Below, piece after piece: positions 39,059 through 49,961 of a DNA stretch of 64,000 nt (position 1 is the first letter of the stretch; every line of letters starts with the position of its first letter). The position numbers and the translations under genes were made by a program. The notes beneath the pieces are model-generated. The model had not been told where the DNA came from and did no database searches. It saw only the letters and a list, made by a program, of their open reading frames with translations. The DNA is taken from NCBI GenBank assembly GCA_963731035.1, contig CAVSUY010000022.1:81962-145961 (forward strand), written 5' to 3'. The DNA is from an uncultured Gammaproteobacteria bacterium. GTDB taxonomy: Bacteria > Pseudomonadota > Gammaproteobacteria > Arenicellales > JAANXG01.

Positions 39059-41271
39059 CGAGCGGTGCTCCGCTCGTGGCGGCGGTAGAAGTACACCGCC
39101 GGAACGATGGTCATGGCCAGCACCAGACCGATCACGAACAAAGGCCACAAAACCGGCTTGTTCCATTTCTCCCTGAGGCGGGCCCGCAGTTCGGGATCGA
39201 CCCGTTTGTACTTGAGGGTGTTGTTGGCCATCAGATTGGGTTTTACGTTTTTATACCAGGAGTGGTACAGGGCGAAGCTCTTTGGATGAAAACCCCAGAT
39301 CCACGGCGCGTCTCGGCGCGCGATCTCCAGCATCTGGTCAATGATGTGCTGACGCACGGTGGTGTTGTCCATGTTCTTCATCCGCTCGAACAGCCGGTCG
39401 AATTCCGGATTACTGTAGTTCGACACGTTCTCGCCGCCGGACTTGACCTTCGAGTTCGGACCGTCGAGCAGGAACAGGAAGTTCTCCGGGTCGGGATAGT
39501 CGGCGTTCCACCCCCACATGAAAAGCTGGCCCGTACCCTGCTGCATCTTGTCGCGGAAGCGGTTGTAATCGGTGGCACGGACAATCAACTGAATACCGAG
39601 CTTGCCGAACTGCTTTCTCATCCAGTTCAGGCGCGCCTTGTCATCCGGCCCCCTGGAGAGGGCCTCGAAGTTCAGCGCCAGGGGTTGACCCGTTTTCGGA
39701 TCTATACCGTCGGGGTAGCCCGCCTCCCGCATCAGCTTGCGGGCTTCACTGACCGGCTTTCGCTCGGCCTCGCCGTCGACCCAGTCGTAGACATAGGGAT
39801 TCATACCTTCCTTTCCGGAACGGGCGCCGAAGATGCCAGGGGGGATCGGGCTCTGGGCGGCGACGCCCCGGCCGTTGGCGAAGATGGAAATGTACTCCTC
39901 GATGTCGACGGCGATGGAAATCGCCCGGCGCAGCTTGCGGGCGCGCTCGCTGTCGCCGCCGATGGTGTCGTCCAGCATATTGAAACCGAAGTAGATGGTG
40001 CTGGTCTCCACCGCCGTCGCCAGCCGGATGCCCTTGTCCTTCATCTCATCGGTAAGGGTCGCCTCGCCCTGGGTATTGAACCTCACCGCCTGATCGAAGG
40101 CGTCCGAGGTGATACCGGAGCTGTCGTAGTAGCCCTGGAGAAACTTGTTCCAGGCAGGTATCGCCTCCCGTTCCAGGTTGAACACCACCTTGTCCGTAAA
40201 CGGCAGCGTCTTGCCGGCGTCGTCCAGCAGGCCTGCCGCGCGGTCTTCCGGCTCGCCCTCGGTGGGATAGGTCTCGCCGTGAAAGTTGGGATTGCGGGTC
40301 AGGACCATGCGCAGGTTGGGGTTGTTTTCCGTCAACATGTAAGGGCCAGTACCGACCGGATACCAGTCCAAACTGAGGTTCTTGTCGTCCATTCCCGGCT
40401 GAGAATAGAACCGGTCGGCTTCCCAGGGCATGGGAGCGAAGAATGGCATCGCCTGCCAGTAGAGGAACTGGGGATACTTGCCGCTCACCCGGATCCGCCA
40501 GGTGTACCGGTCCACCACCGTGACGCCCCTGATATCGAAGTCACGAAGGTCGATGTAGCCTTCGCCAACTTCCTGCCGCCGCTGTTTCAGCTCCTTCGCG
40601 AGATCCGCGAAACCGACGATATAGTCGGCCAGGACGCCGGCGATCGGACAGTGCTGCCGCGGATCCGCCATGCGCTTGATCTCGTATACGTAGTCCTGTG
40701 CGGTCAGTTCCCGAGTGCCCGTGTTGTTGAAGTCCGCCAGCCTGTGCTTGTCCTGTATGTCCGCGCGGCTCAGGTTCAGGTTGAGGTAGTTGCCCTGCCC
40801 GTCCGTGGCCAGGGCCGGATGCGGCTGGTAGCGGATGCCGGACTTGATGCGGAATTCGTAATCGCTGAAAGCAATGTTCCCGGCGGGAGCGTCCTGCGAC
40901 AGGATGTTGCCCTCGGCATCATAGTATGTCACCGACGGCATTCCTCGGGTGGCCAAGGGAATGAGCTGGTACGGTCTTTTCAGGAAGTGATACTGCAGCG
41001 GAGGCTCGTAGATCTGGGCGATAAAAGTATATTCATCGGAGCTGTAGGAACGGGCAGGATCCAGATGCTTGGGCCGTCCGGTGAACGCCGAATAGACGAT
41101 GTTGGCAGTGGCATCGGAGTCGGGATAGGGATTGTTCCAGGCACCCGCGGCATTGGACGACCAGACCAGCACCGCGCCGGTCACGGCGCCGAGCATGGCC
41201 AGAGCGAATTTCACGAGCCGTCCCTGGTCGCAACCCTGCTTGTCATCCGGGCGGTCGGGAAACAGCGACAT
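39055..41271 (-). CDS. ABC transporter substrate-binding protein, family 5 (YejA-like)
   Basis: Signal-like VKFALAMLGAVTGAVLVWSSNAAGA, then a large SBP_bac_5-type body. The start is uncertain (41271, or upstream as far as 41394). Confidence 0.85.
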   Translation of the reverse strand: MSLFPDRPDDKQGCDQGRLVKFALAMLGAVTGAVLVWSSNAAGAWNNPYPDSDATANIVYSAFTGRPKHLDPARSYSSDEYTFIAQIYEPPLQYHFLKRPYQLIPLATRGMPSVTYYDAEGNILSQDAPAGNIAFSDYEFRIKSGIRYQPHPALATDGQGNYLNLNLSRADIQDKHRLADFNNTGTRELTAQDYVYEIKRMADPRQHCPIAGVLADYIVGFADLAKELKQRRQEVGEGYIDLRDFDIRGVTVVDRYTWRIRVSGKYPQFLYWQAMPFFAPMPWEADRFYSQPGMDDKNLSLDWYPVGTGPYMLTENNPNLRMVLTRNPNFHGETYPTEGEPEDRAAGLLDDAGKTLPFTDKVVFNLEREAIPAWNKFLQGYYDSSGITSDAFDQAVRFNTQGEATLTDEMKDKGIRLATAVETSTIYFGFNMLDDTIGGDSERARKLRRAISIAVDIEEYISIFANGRGVAAQSPIPPGIFGARSGKEGMNPYVYDWVDGEAERKPVSEARKLMREAGYPDGIDPKTGQPLALNFEALSRGPDDKARLNWMRKQFGKLGIQLIVRATDYNRFRDKMQQGTGQLFMWGWNADYPDPENFLFLLDGPNSKVKSGGENVSNYSNPEFDRLFERMKNMDNTTVRQHIIDQMLEIARRDAPWIWGFHPKSFALYHSWYKNVKPNLMANNTLKYKRVDPELRARLREKWNKPVLWPLFVIGLVLAMTIVPAVYFYRRHERSTAR

Positions 41272-41432
41272 CCCAACTCGAGCAGAACCATTGCGGTCCA
41301 GCGCCGCAGACAAGTGTGCCGACGGCGCATCGGATTGGGCGCCGAGTGGAATGTTCAAAAAGTTCAAGGTATGCTGATGCAAGACATCGTCCATTTAACC
41401 GATTGTACTGTCCTGCATCAAGGGGGTAAGGC

Positions 41433-42224
41433 ATGGGTTTTCTCTCCGGGAAGCGAGCGCTCATCGTGGGAGTCGCGAGCGAGCGATCCATCGCCTGGGG
41501 CATCGCGCAGGCGATGCGCCGAGAGGGCGCGGATCTGGCGTTCACCTACCAGACGGACAAGCTCCAGCCGCGGGTGGAGAAGTATGCCGCAAGCGTTGAC
41601 TCGCAGATCGTGCTGCCCATGGACGTCGCCTACGACGAGCAGATCGAGACGGCCTTCGCCGATCTCGGCAAGCACTGGGACGGCCTGGATATAGTCGTTC
41701 ATTGCGTGGCGTTCGCACCCCGGGACCAGCTCGAAGGCAGCTACCTGGATGCCGTGAACCGGGAGGGGTTCAAGGCGGCCCACGATATCAGCTCCTACAG
41801 CTTCGCGGCCCTGGCCAAGGCCGGCCGGCCCATGATGGCGGGCCGCCCCGGCGCGCTGCTGACCCTGTCATACATCGGTGCGGTACGGTCGATGCCCAAC
41901 TACAACGTCATGGGCGTCGCAAAGGCCAGCCTGGAGGCCAACATGCGCTACCTGGCTCAGTCACTGGGACCGGAGGGTATCCGGGTCAACGCCATATCGG
42001 CCGGCCCCATCAAGACCCTGGCGGCGGCCGGTATCGGCGGCTTCAAGAAGATGATGAATTACTACGAGAAATCCGTTCCACTCGGCCGCGGCGTTACCAT
42101 CGACGAGGTGGGCAATGCCGGGGCATTCCTGTGCTCGGACCTGGCCTCGGGAATCACCGGCGAGGTGCTTTACGTCGACGCCGGATTCAACATGGTGGGA
42201 ATGAGCGAAAAGTTCCTGGAGTAG
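41433..42224 (+). CDS. fabI: Enoyl-ACP reductase (NADH)
   Basis: [23 protein letters not shown] and the Y..K catalytic region. 263 aa. Confidence 0.95.
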   Translation: MGFLSGKRALIVGVASERSIAWGIAQAMRREGADLAFTYQTDKLQPRVEKYAASVDSQIVLPMDVAYDEQIETAFADLGKHWDGLDIVVHCVAFAPRDQLEGSYLDAVNREGFKAAHDISSYSFAALAKAGRPMMAGRPGALLTLSYIGAVRSMPNYNVMGVAKASLEANMRYLAQSLGPEGIRVNAISAGPIKTLAAAGIGGFKKMMNYYEKSVPLGRGVTIDEVGNAGAFLCSDLASGITGEVLYVDAGFNMVGMSEKFLE

Positions 42225-42257
42225 GCCTCGAATTGCCCGTGGTACGCGGGATCAGAC

Positions 42258-42365
42258 TGTAGGAGCGGGCTTTGACCTCCATGGACGGAGGAAATCCCGG
42301 GATCGTCGGGAACGATCCCAGTGCAGCCGCGATCAATTCACGGCCGAAGCCGCTCCCGCAATCCG
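42258..42365. repeat. REP-like element: TGTAGGAGCG (42258-42267) ... GAAGCCGCTCCCGCAATCCG (42346-42365), with an internal 8-bp-stem hairpin GGGATCGT/ACGATCCC
   Basis: Intergenic, between the convergent fabI and ppiD stops. It shares both motifs with the 33100-33192 element. Confidence 0.6.
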
Positions 42366-42387
42366 TGGCTCCACAGCCCGGCCGTGT

Positions 42388-44310
42388 TCAGAGCGCTTCG
42401 TCCTTAATCTTGATCTCAGCCTGGTCACGCAGGTCGGCGATAAATTCCTGAACCGCGTCCTGGCTCCCGCGGCGGGCCAGCGTGTCGTGGACGCGCTTCT
42501 TCAGGTCGTCACTCGCTTTTGCCAGGTCGCCGTCGGTGACTGTATTGAGCTTGAACAACGCATAGTCGCCGTCATCCAGACTCAGCCCCCCGTAGACCGC
42601 CTTGTCGTTCTCCGGTGCGGGAGCTCGGAACACCGCTTGTACGACGGCGGGTTCGGGTCCCTTGTCGTCCGGCGTTTTGTCCCGCGACCAGGTTACGTCC
42701 CGGGACTGCAATCCCTGGTCGGCGGCGAGCTTCTGCCAGGCCGTGCCGCCTTCGAGTTGCTTGACCAGTTCCGGGCCAAGCGACGCGACGTGCTCCGCCG
42801 CCTTGCGATGCTTGAGTAGCTGCTCGATCTGATCGTGCACTTCCTTCAATGGTTTGACGCTCGCCGGCTGAAAATCGAACTTGCGCACCACGACGAGACT
42901 GTTCAGGTTCAGCTCGATCGCGGCGCTGTTGAGTCCCTCGGTGAAGACGTCTTCACCGAACGCCGCCTTTCGAACCTTGGGATTGGCTGCAATGCCCGTG
43001 CCCTGGTCCCGCGTGAACCAGTCGGACTGCTGGATCTTCAGACCCAGTTGATCGGCGGCCGGCTCCAGGGACTGCGGCTGTTCGTAGGTAACGTTCCGGA
43101 ACGTTTCGGCGCGGTCGGCAAACACGGATTCCGCTCGTTTCTCCCGCACCTCCTTCTCCAGCTGGTCGTGCACTTCGCTGAGAGGCTTGACCTTGCCGGG
43201 CTCGTACTTGGTGAGCTTGATGATGTGGTACCCGAAGCGGGTCTTGACAGGCCCAGCCAGCTCGCCTTCCTTATCGAGGGCGAACAGCGCATCCTGGAAA
43301 GGTTTCACCATGTCTCCGGACTTGATCCGGCCGAGGTCCCCGCCCTTGTCCGCGGATCCGGGGTCTTGTGAATACTTCTTCGCCAGCTCGGCAAAGTCCG
43401 CGCCGTTGCGGAGTTGTTTCATTAGATCCTTCGCCTTGTCCAACGCCGCCTGCTGTTCCTCGTCGCTGGCGTCCGGACCAGCCTTGATGAGGATGTGGCT
43501 GGCCTCGCGCACCGCCGGGGTCGTGAACTTGTCTTTTTCCCTTTCATAAGCCTGCTTGATGTCGTCCTCGGTGACGTCCACGGTCGGAACGAGGTCATCT
43601 ACTGACAGGTCAAGATACTCAACCTTCATCTTCTCCGGCGTACGGTACTGCTGGCTGTGGCTCTGGTATTCCTTCTGTATTTCGTCCTCGGAGACCACGC
43701 TCTGGTCGACAAAGCCGCCGACCTTCACCACGGCGTAGTCGAAGTGCCGCTCCTGCAGCAACAGCTTCAGCAGGGCATCCTGTTGACCGGCGCTCACGAA
43801 GGATGACGCCTGGATACCGGTGCTGAGCTGTTGCAGGACGAGCTGCTGTCGGTAGCGGGATTCAAACCCCGTCTCCGTCAGACCCATCTGGGTGACGGCC
43901 CCATGGTAGGCGTCGGGAGAGAACTGCTTGTCAATCTGGAAACGTGGATTCGAACGGATCGTTTGGGCGAGCTGATCATCGCCAATCCGGTAGCCCTCCT
44001 CCTTGGCGTGCTGCGACAGGAGGACCTGCGAGATCAAGTCGTTCAGGACGTTGCGCTTGAACTCCGGGCTGTCGGCCAGCTTGGGATCAAAGTTCTTGCC
44101 CAGAATCTGCCGCATCTGCTCACGACGGTTCTCCAGGGCCCGGCGATAGTCATCCTGCTTGATATCGCTGTCGCCGACCGAGGCCACCACGACTTCTTCC
44201 CCGCCGGAGAAGTACTGGTGAACCCCCCAGAAGGCGAAGGGAATCACGATGATGGTGGCGATGATCCAGGCGATCCAGCCGCTGGCGTGTTCCCGTATCT
44301 CCGACAGCAT
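42388..44310 (-). CDS. ppiD: Periplasmic chaperone / peptidyl-prolyl isomerase PpiD
   Basis: ATG at 44310 gives MLSEIREHASGWIAWIIATIIVIPFAFWG (N-terminal anchor). A parvulin domain (FGYHIIKL) is present. It lies downstream of hupB, as in enterobacteria. Confidence 0.9.
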   Translation of the reverse strand: MLSEIREHASGWIAWIIATIIVIPFAFWGVHQYFSGGEEVVVASVGDSDIKQDDYRRALENRREQMRQILGKNFDPKLADSPEFKRNVLNDLISQVLLSQHAKEEGYRIGDDQLAQTIRSNPRFQIDKQFSPDAYHGAVTQMGLTETGFESRYRQQLVLQQLSTGIQASSFVSAGQQDALLKLLLQERHFDYAVVKVGGFVDQSVVSEDEIQKEYQSHSQQYRTPEKMKVEYLDLSVDDLVPTVDVTEDDIKQAYEREKDKFTTPAVREASHILIKAGPDASDEEQQAALDKAKDLMKQLRNGADFAELAKKYSQDPGSADKGGDLGRIKSGDMVKPFQDALFALDKEGELAGPVKTRFGYHIIKLTKYEPGKVKPLSEVHDQLEKEVREKRAESVFADRAETFRNVTYEQPQSLEPAADQLGLKIQQSDWFTRDQGTGIAANPKVRKAAFGEDVFTEGLNSAAIELNLNSLVVVRKFDFQPASVKPLKEVHDQIEQLLKHRKAAEHVASLGPELVKQLEGGTAWQKLAADQGLQSRDVTWSRDKTPDDKGPEPAVVQAVFRAPAPENDKAVYGGLSLDDGDYALFKLNTVTDGDLAKASDDLKKRVHDTLARRGSQDAVQEFIADLRDQAEIKIKDEAL

Positions 44311-44348
44311 GGGCGAGTGACTATGTTTGTGACAAGGTTGAAATGCTA

Positions 44349-44371
44349 AAGGGCGAGTGGAACTCGCCCTT
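44349..44371 (-). terminator. Stem-loop downstream of tRNA-Asp
   Basis: AAGGGCGAG / CTCGCCCTT form a 9-bp perfect stem with a 5-nt loop. On the minus strand it is followed by TAGCATTT, a weak T-tract. Confidence 0.45.
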
Positions 44372-44382
44372 GTCATCGGTAG

Positions 44383-44459
44383 TGGCGGAGCGGACGGGAC
44401 TCGAACCCGCGACCCCCGGCGTGACAGGCCGGTATTCTAACCAACTGAACTACCGCTCC
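44383..44459 (-). tRNA. tRNA-Asp (GUC)
   Basis: The reverse complement reads GGAGCGGTAGTTCAGTTGGTTAGAATACCGGCCTGTCACGCCGGGGGTCGCGGGTTCGAGTCCCGTCCGCTCCGCCA. It folds as a cloverleaf with anticodon loop CTGTCAC and an encoded CCA. Confidence 0.95.
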
Positions 44460-44464
44460 CGGGT

Positions 44465-44629
44465 TAGCAGCCTGTCGGACTCGGGAATGACTCCCGGCGT
44501 CGGCGGGCAGCCGGCAGTTTCACCCGGCTCCTCCGGCGTAGCACATGACTGCTCGCCGCGGAAAACCGGGGAAATGTACCGGGCTATCCCTTCGTGCCGC
44601 CGCGGTTCCCCAAGCCCGACAGGCTGCTA
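44465..44629. repeat. Inter-tRNA spacer bracketed by a perfect 14-bp inverted repeat (TAGCAGCCTGTCGG / CCGACAGGCTGCTA)
   Basis: The arms are at 44465-44478 and 44616-44629, within 3-6 nt of the flanking tRNA ends. Confidence 0.7.
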
Positions 44630-44632
44630 GAC

Positions 44633-44708
44633 TGGTGGGTGCTGACGGGCTCGAACCGCCGACATTCGCCTTGTAAGGGCGACGCTCTCCCAGCTGAGCT
44701 AAGCACCC
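44633..44708 (-). tRNA. tRNA-Val (UAC)
   Basis: The reverse complement reads GGGTGCTTAGCTCAGCTGGGAGAGCGTCGCCCTTACAAGGCGAATGTCGGCGGTTCGAGCCCGTCAGCACCCACCA. The anticodon is TAC and CCA is encoded. Confidence 0.95.
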
Positions 44709-44721
44709 CCGAAAAGGCGCG

Positions 44722-44994
44722 CTAGTTTAGGGCATCCTTCAACGCTTTGCCAGCCTTGAATTTGGGGCTCTTGGACGCCGGGATCGTAATAGCCTCGCCG
44801 GTACGGGGGTTCCGGCCGGTTCGGGCAGCGCGATCGCTGACGGAGAACGTGCCGAAGCCGACCAGGGTAACCGAGTCTCCGTTCTTCAACGTTTGTTGAA
44901 TACCTTTGAACACAGCCTCCACGGCCTCAGTGGCATCGGCCTTCGACAGGTTTGTCTTGCTGCCGACCAATTCAATCAATTCCGCCTTATTCAC
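44722..44994 (-). CDS. hupB: Nucleoid protein HU beta
   Basis: 90 aa. MNKAELIE...GFGTFSV..RAARTGRNPRTGE.I.I is the HU signature. Confidence 0.95.
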   Translation of the reverse strand: MNKAELIELVGSKTNLSKADATEAVEAVFKGIQQTLKNGDSVTLVGFGTFSVSDRAARTGRNPRTGEAITIPASKSPKFKAGKALKDALN

Positions 44995-45402
44995 GGTTAT
45001 ATTCCCCTTTAAAAGTTTTGGGTTAGAGCGTGTTATTCAAGAAAAATCAAGAATAACGGATTCAACTACCAGGGAAGCTCTGGAATGATCCCTCCAAGAG
45101 TCTCCAAAGCACGAAAACGAAATGACTGCATTCGTTTCCCTGCATTCATCAGTCACTTACGGGATTGGTGAATGGCGGCACCTCCCTGTTCCGCCGGCGC
45201 CTCCGGTTGCTCGGAGGATCCCTGGACATGCACTAAATCAATTGCAGCTTGCGAGAAAACCCGTGCGCTTCACTATCGGCGCATCCTCCCTCGGCCCGTG
45301 TATATAACAACCTCAAAATCTGCATGTCAAGGAACACCGGAAGGAAGAAACGTCTTGACAATCCTTCCGTTACCTTGCTGACCACCGTTCATCACATAGT
45401 AG

Positions 45403-47811
45403 TCAGTGCGTGATGACGTTGTCGCCGGAGGACTCGGCAACAGGCTTCTTCGCTGCTTCGCCGTCGGGCTCCGGCACCCGTTCGGGCACTCGCTCGAGCG
45501 CAATCTCAATGACCTGGTCGATCCATTTCACCGGTTTGATGTTGAGACTGTCCTTGATGTTTTTCGGTATCTCGACGAGATCCTTCTCGTTTTCTTCCGG
45601 GATGATGATGGTCTTCAGGCCCCCGCGGTGAGCGGCCAGCAGCTTCTCCTTCAGGCCGCCGATGGGCAGGACCTCGCCGCGCAGCGTGATCTCCCCCGTC
45701 ATCGCCACATCCGAATGCACCGGTATCCGGGACAGGGCGGAGATAAGAGCGATACACATGCCGATACCGGCGCTCGGGCCGTCTTTCGGCGTCGCGCCTT
45801 CCGGGACATGGATATGGAAATCGTGCTTCTGGAAGAAGTCGGCCGATATCCCGAAGCCCGACGCCCGCGACCTGACGACACTCATGGCCGCCTGGATGGA
45901 CTCCTGCATCACATCACCGAGCTTGCCCGTGTATATGTGCTTGCCCTTGCCGTCCAAAATAGCGGACTCGATCGTGAGGAGTTCGCCGCCCACCTCGGTC
46001 CAGGCCAGGCCGGTAACCTGGCCGATCTGGTTCTTTTCCTCGGCCTTGCCGTAGCGGTACTGCTTTACCCCCAGGTATTTTTCCAGATTGCGGGGGCGCA
46101 CGTTCACCGACTTACGCTGCTTGTCCAACAGCAGTTCCTTGGCCACCTTGCGGCATATCTTGGCGATGGTCCGCTCCAGACCACGTACACCCGCCTCCCG
46201 GGTGTAGTAGCGGATCGCGTCGACGATCGCCTGCTTCGATATTTTCAATTCCTCGGACTTGAGGCCGTTGTTCTCGATCTGCTTGCCGATCAGGTACTTG
46301 ATCGCTATCGCGGTCTTCTCCTGCTCGGTGTAGCCGGAGATGCGGATGACCTCCATACGGTCTAGCAGCGGCGGCGGGATGTTCAGCGTATTGGCCGTCG
46401 CGATGAACATGACATCGGAAAGATCGTACTCCACCTCGAGATAGTGGTCGACGAAGGTGTTGTTCTGCTCCGGGTCCAACACCTCCAGCAGGGCCGAGGA
46501 CGGATCTCCCCGGAAATCCATGGACATCTTGTCCACTTCATCCAGCATGAACAGCGGGTTGCGGGTTTTCAGCTTTGCCATGTTCTGAACGATCTTTCCG
46601 GGCATCGAGCCGATATATGTCCGCCGATGGCCGCGGATCTCCGCTTCGTCACGCACTCCGCCCAAAGACATGCGCAGGAACTTGCGGCCGGTAGCCCGGG
46701 CGATGGATCGGCCCAGGGATGTCTTGCCGACCCCCGGCGGACCCACCAGGCACAGGATCGGCCCCTTGAGCTTGCGCCGCCGCTGCTGCACTGCCAGATA
46801 TTCGAGGATGCGTTCCTTGACCTTCTCGAGACCGTAGTGATCCTCCTCGAGTATCAGCTCCGCAGCCGCCAAGTCCTTGCGCACCTTGCTGCGCTTTTTC
46901 CACGGCACCTGAAGCAGCCAGTCCACATAGTTGCGGACCACCGTGGCCTCGGCCGACATGGGTGACATCATTTTCAGTTTCTTGAGCTCTGCCTCGGCCT
47001 TGTCCTTTGCTTCCGTAGACATGCCGGCCTCTTCGACCTTGCGAATGAGATCGTCCAGCTCGTTCGGTGCGTCCTCCATGTCACCCAGTTCCTTCTGGAT
47101 GGCCTTCATCTGCTCGTTCAGGTAGTACTCCCTCTGGCTCTTCTCCATTTGTTTCTTGACACGGCCGCGGATCCGCTTCTCGACCTGGAGCAGATCGATT
47201 TCCGATTCCATGACGCCGAGGATGTGCTCGAGGCGTTCGCGGGTGCTAGCCATCTGCAGAATGCGCTGCTTGTCCTCAATCTTAAGGCTCAGATGGGCGG
47301 CTATGGTGTCGGCCAGCCGGCCACCTTCGTCGATGCCGGCCAGCGAAGTCAGGATCTCTGGAGGAATCTTGTTGTTCAGCTTGACGTACTGATCGAACTC
47401 GTTCATCACGGTACGGATCAGCACCTCCGCCTCGCGCTCGTCCATGGCGTCGTCCTCGACCGGCTCGATAATGGCGCTGAAGTACTCCTCGGTGTCCTCG
47501 TATGCGGCGATTTCAAACCGCTTTTCGCCTTCGACCAGAACCTTCACCGTGCCATCCGGAAGCTTCAGGAGCTGGAGGATGCTCGCCACGGTGCCGACTT
47601 TGTAGATGTCGTCGGGAATCGGGTCATCATCCGCCGCCTCCTTCTGGGCGACGAGGAGGATGTGCTTCCCGATTTCCATCGAGCGCTCCAGAGCCTTGAT
47701 GGATTTCTTCCGACCGACGAACAGCGGTATCACCATGTGCGGGAATACCACCACGTCCCGCAGCGGCAGCACCGGAATGGAGGATTCGGTCAATGTGAGT
47801 TCATCACTCAT
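45403..47811 (-). CDS. lon: ATP-dependent Lon protease
   Basis: ATG at 47811 gives [30 protein letters not shown]. Walker [10 protein letters not shown] and catalytic PKDGPSAG are present. Confidence 0.95.
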   Translation of the reverse strand: MSDELTLTESSIPVLPLRDVVVFPHMVIPLFVGRKKSIKALERSMEIGKHILLVAQKEAADDDPIPDDIYKVGTVASILQLLKLPDGTVKVLVEGEKRFEIAAYEDTEEYFSAIIEPVEDDAMDEREAEVLIRTVMNEFDQYVKLNNKIPPEILTSLAGIDEGGRLADTIAAHLSLKIEDKQRILQMASTRERLEHILGVMESEIDLLQVEKRIRGRVKKQMEKSQREYYLNEQMKAIQKELGDMEDAPNELDDLIRKVEEAGMSTEAKDKAEAELKKLKMMSPMSAEATVVRNYVDWLLQVPWKKRSKVRKDLAAAELILEEDHYGLEKVKERILEYLAVQQRRRKLKGPILCLVGPPGVGKTSLGRSIARATGRKFLRMSLGGVRDEAEIRGHRRTYIGSMPGKIVQNMAKLKTRNPLFMLDEVDKMSMDFRGDPSSALLEVLDPEQNNTFVDHYLEVEYDLSDVMFIATANTLNIPPPLLDRMEVIRISGYTEQEKTAIAIKYLIGKQIENNGLKSEELKISKQAIVDAIRYYTREAGVRGLERTIAKICRKVAKELLLDKQRKSVNVRPRNLEKYLGVKQYRYGKAEEKNQIGQVTGLAWTEVGGELLTIESAILDGKGKHIYTGKLGDVMQESIQAAMSVVRSRASGFGISADFFQKHDFHIHVPEGATPKDGPSAGIGMCIALISALSRIPVHSDVAMTGEITLRGEVLPIGGLKEKLLAAHRGGLKTIIIPEENEKDLVEIPKNIKDSLNIKPVKWIDQVIEIALERVPERVPEPDGEAAKKPVAESSGDNVITH

Positions 47812-47889
47812 TCGACACACCTGTATAAAGTGGGTTTGTTTATACACCCCGCTGGACCCCATTCCCGTGGGATCCGGCATCAACAATCG

Positions 47890-47921
47890 GAATATGCGGA
47901 TAAACGCACGCCCGTTCAAGT
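47890..47921 (-). promoter_or_regulatory. Candidate sigma-32 (heat-shock) promoter upstream of lon
   Basis: The minus strand reads CTTGAA-N15-CCGCATAT, compared with the consensus CTTGAA-N13-17-CCCCATNT. It lies about 80 nt upstream of the lon ATG. Confidence 0.4.
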
Positions 47922-47955
47922 GCCTCCCGGACGAAAACCAGGGCAAAAACGGCGG

Positions 47956-49236
47956 CTAGTGGCTGGTGGAAGCCTTCTTTTGGTCTGCTTCTTCGTAGAT
48001 ATACAACGGCTTGGCGCCGTCGGTGATCACCCCTGCATCAACGATCACCTTCTTCACGCCTTCCATGGAAGGAAGCTCATACATGGTATCGAGCAGCGCG
48101 TTTTCGAGGATCGACCTCAGTCCGCGTGCACCCGTCTTTCGATCCATCGCTTTGGCGGCGACCGCCTTGAGAGCATCTTCGCGGATCTCCAGTTCCACGT
48201 CCTCCAACTTGAACAGACGTTGATATTGCTTCACCAGCGCGTTCTTGGGCTCGGTGAGGATGGATACCAGCGCGCCTTCGTTCAATTCCTCGAGGGTGGC
48301 GCATATCGGCAGCCGTCCCACGAACTCGGGAATCAATCCGTACTGGATCAGATCCTCCGGCTCGAGACCTTGAAGGATCTCGCCGACATTCTTGCCGTCC
48401 GACTTGCTCCGGATCTCCGCGCCAAAACCGATACTGCTCTTTTCCGAGCGCTCCTGGATGATGGTTTCCAGACCCGAGAACGCTCCGCCGCAGATGAACA
48501 GGATGTTTCGCGTATCCACCTGCAGGAACTCCTGCTGCGGATGCTTGCGTCCGCCCTGCGGGGGCACCGAGGCGATCGTGCCTTCGATTAATTTCAACAG
48601 GGCCTGTTGGACGCCTTCTCCGGATACGTCCCGGGTGATGGACGGGTTGTCCGACTTGCGGGAAATCTTGTCGATTTCATCGATGTAGACAATACCGATC
48701 TGGGCTTTGTCCACATCGTAGTCGCATTTCTGCAGCAGCTTCTGAATGATATTCTCGACGTCCTCGCCGACGTAGCCCGCTTCCGTCAACGTGGTGGCAT
48801 CGGCGATAGTAAAGGGAACGTTGAGTTGTCGGGCCAGCGTTTCGGCGAGCAGAGTCTTCCCGGATCCCGTAGGTCCGATCAACAAAATGTTGCTTTTGGA
48901 GATATCGACCTCGCCGACCTGCTCCTCGTTGTCGATCCGCTTGTAGTGGTTGTACACCGCAACGGACAGGACTTTCTTGGCGATGGACTGGCCGATGACG
49001 TACTCGTTCAGGCTCTGGCGAATCTCGTCCGGGCGGGGGAACTTGCTCCGCGACGAAGCAGTCTCAGCGCCTTCCTGCACTTCCTCGCGTATGATGTCAT
49101 TGCACAGCTCCACGCACTCGTCGCAGATGAACACGGACGGTCCTGCAATGAGCTTGCGCACTTCGTGCTGGCTCTTTCCGCAGAACGAACAGTACAGGAG
49201 CTTCTCGCTTTTACCTTCGTTTTTGTCGTCGGCCAT
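47956..49236 (-). CDS. clpX: ATP-dependent Clp protease ATP-binding subunit ClpX
   Basis: Zinc-finger [26 protein letters not shown] and Walker A GPTGSGKT. 426 aa. Confidence 0.97.
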   Translation of the reverse strand: MADDKNEGKSEKLLYCSFCGKSQHEVRKLIAGPSVFICDECVELCNDIIREEVQEGAETASSRSKFPRPDEIRQSLNEYVIGQSIAKKVLSVAVYNHYKRIDNEEQVGEVDISKSNILLIGPTGSGKTLLAETLARQLNVPFTIADATTLTEAGYVGEDVENIIQKLLQKCDYDVDKAQIGIVYIDEIDKISRKSDNPSITRDVSGEGVQQALLKLIEGTIASVPPQGGRKHPQQEFLQVDTRNILFICGGAFSGLETIIQERSEKSSIGFGAEIRSKSDGKNVGEILQGLEPEDLIQYGLIPEFVGRLPICATLEELNEGALVSILTEPKNALVKQYQRLFKLEDVELEIREDALKAVAAKAMDRKTGARGLRSILENALLDTMYELPSMEGVKKVIVDAGVITDGAKPLYIYEEADQKKASTSH

Positions 49237-49304
49237 AGTATCTCAACCTTCCACAAGGTGAACGATGCAGCGTCCGGCGGATTTTTGCAAGTACCCTTTT
49301 CCCA

Positions 49305-49946
49305 CTACTGCCGCTTGTCCAGCACCGAATCGATCAGGCCATATTCGACCGCCTGCTCGCCGCCCATGAAGTGGTCACGGTCGGTATCCTTCGCGATGGT
49401 CGCATCGTCCTGTCCCGTGTGCATCACGAGCAGCTTATTCAAACGTTTTTTCAAATCCAGGATCTCCTGGGCGTGGATATCGATATCCGACGCCTGGCCC
49501 TGGAAGCCACCCCAGGGCTGGTGGATCATCATCCGCCCGTGGGGCAGGGTATGCCGCTTACCCCTGGTCCCGCCGGTCAGGATCAACGCCCCCATGCTGG
49601 CCGCCTGGCCGATCACCACGGTACTCACGTCCGGCTTGATGAACTGCATGGTGTCGTAGATCGCCAGGCCGGCGTTGACGGCCCCGCCGGGGCTGTTGAT
49701 ATAAAGGTGGATATCCTTGTCCGGGTTCTCGGATTCCAGGAACAACAACTGAGCGACCACCAGGTTGGCCATGTAGTCTTCGATCTGCCCCACCAGGAAC
49801 ACCACCCGTTCCTTGAGCATCCGCGAATAGATGTCATAGGCGCGCTCGCCGCGGCCGGTGCTCTCGATCACCATGGGCACGAGGCCTATGTTTTGCGGCT
49901 CGCTCGCGTAAGTATTCTTGTCGTATCGTGTGTGCAACATACTCAC
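49305..49946 (-). CDS. clpP: ATP-dependent Clp protease proteolytic subunit
   Basis: The catalytic region includes GQAASMGA and MIHQP. 213 aa. Confidence 0.97.
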   Translation of the reverse strand: MSMLHTRYDKNTYASEPQNIGLVPMVIESTGRGERAYDIYSRMLKERVVFLVGQIEDYMANLVVAQLLFLESENPDKDIHLYINSPGGAVNAGLAIYDTMQFIKPDVSTVVIGQAASMGALILTGGTRGKRHTLPHGRMMIHQPWGGFQGQASDIDIHAQEILDLKKRLNKLLVMHTGQDDATIAKDTDRDHFMGGEQAVEYGLIDSVLDKRQ

Positions 49947-49961
49947 CAGTCGTGCTTGGCC

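Noticed and set aside
39076-41694. An 872-aa plus-strand ORF, and similar long antisense ORFs (14517..16469, 24932..26380 minus, 31715..33169, 34671..36188, 47149..48591, 49371..51149, 52051..53658, 56020..57987, 21808..22860)
   Set aside because: Each lies antisense to a strongly recognisable conserved gene and has the Arg/Gly/His/Asp/Pro-rich composition of wrong-strand translation. Long stop-free antisense frames are expected in GC-rich DNA.
45000-45400. Small ORFs (44906..45088, 45122..45307, 45172..45381, 45327..45509) in the moderately AT-rich hupB-lon intergenic region
   Set aside because: They have no RBS, no conserved motifs, and they overlap one another. The region more plausibly holds the hupB promoter(s) and a lon 3-prime hairpin (CGGAAGGA 45338-45345 / TCCTTCCG 45362-45369), which is too weak to call as a terminator.
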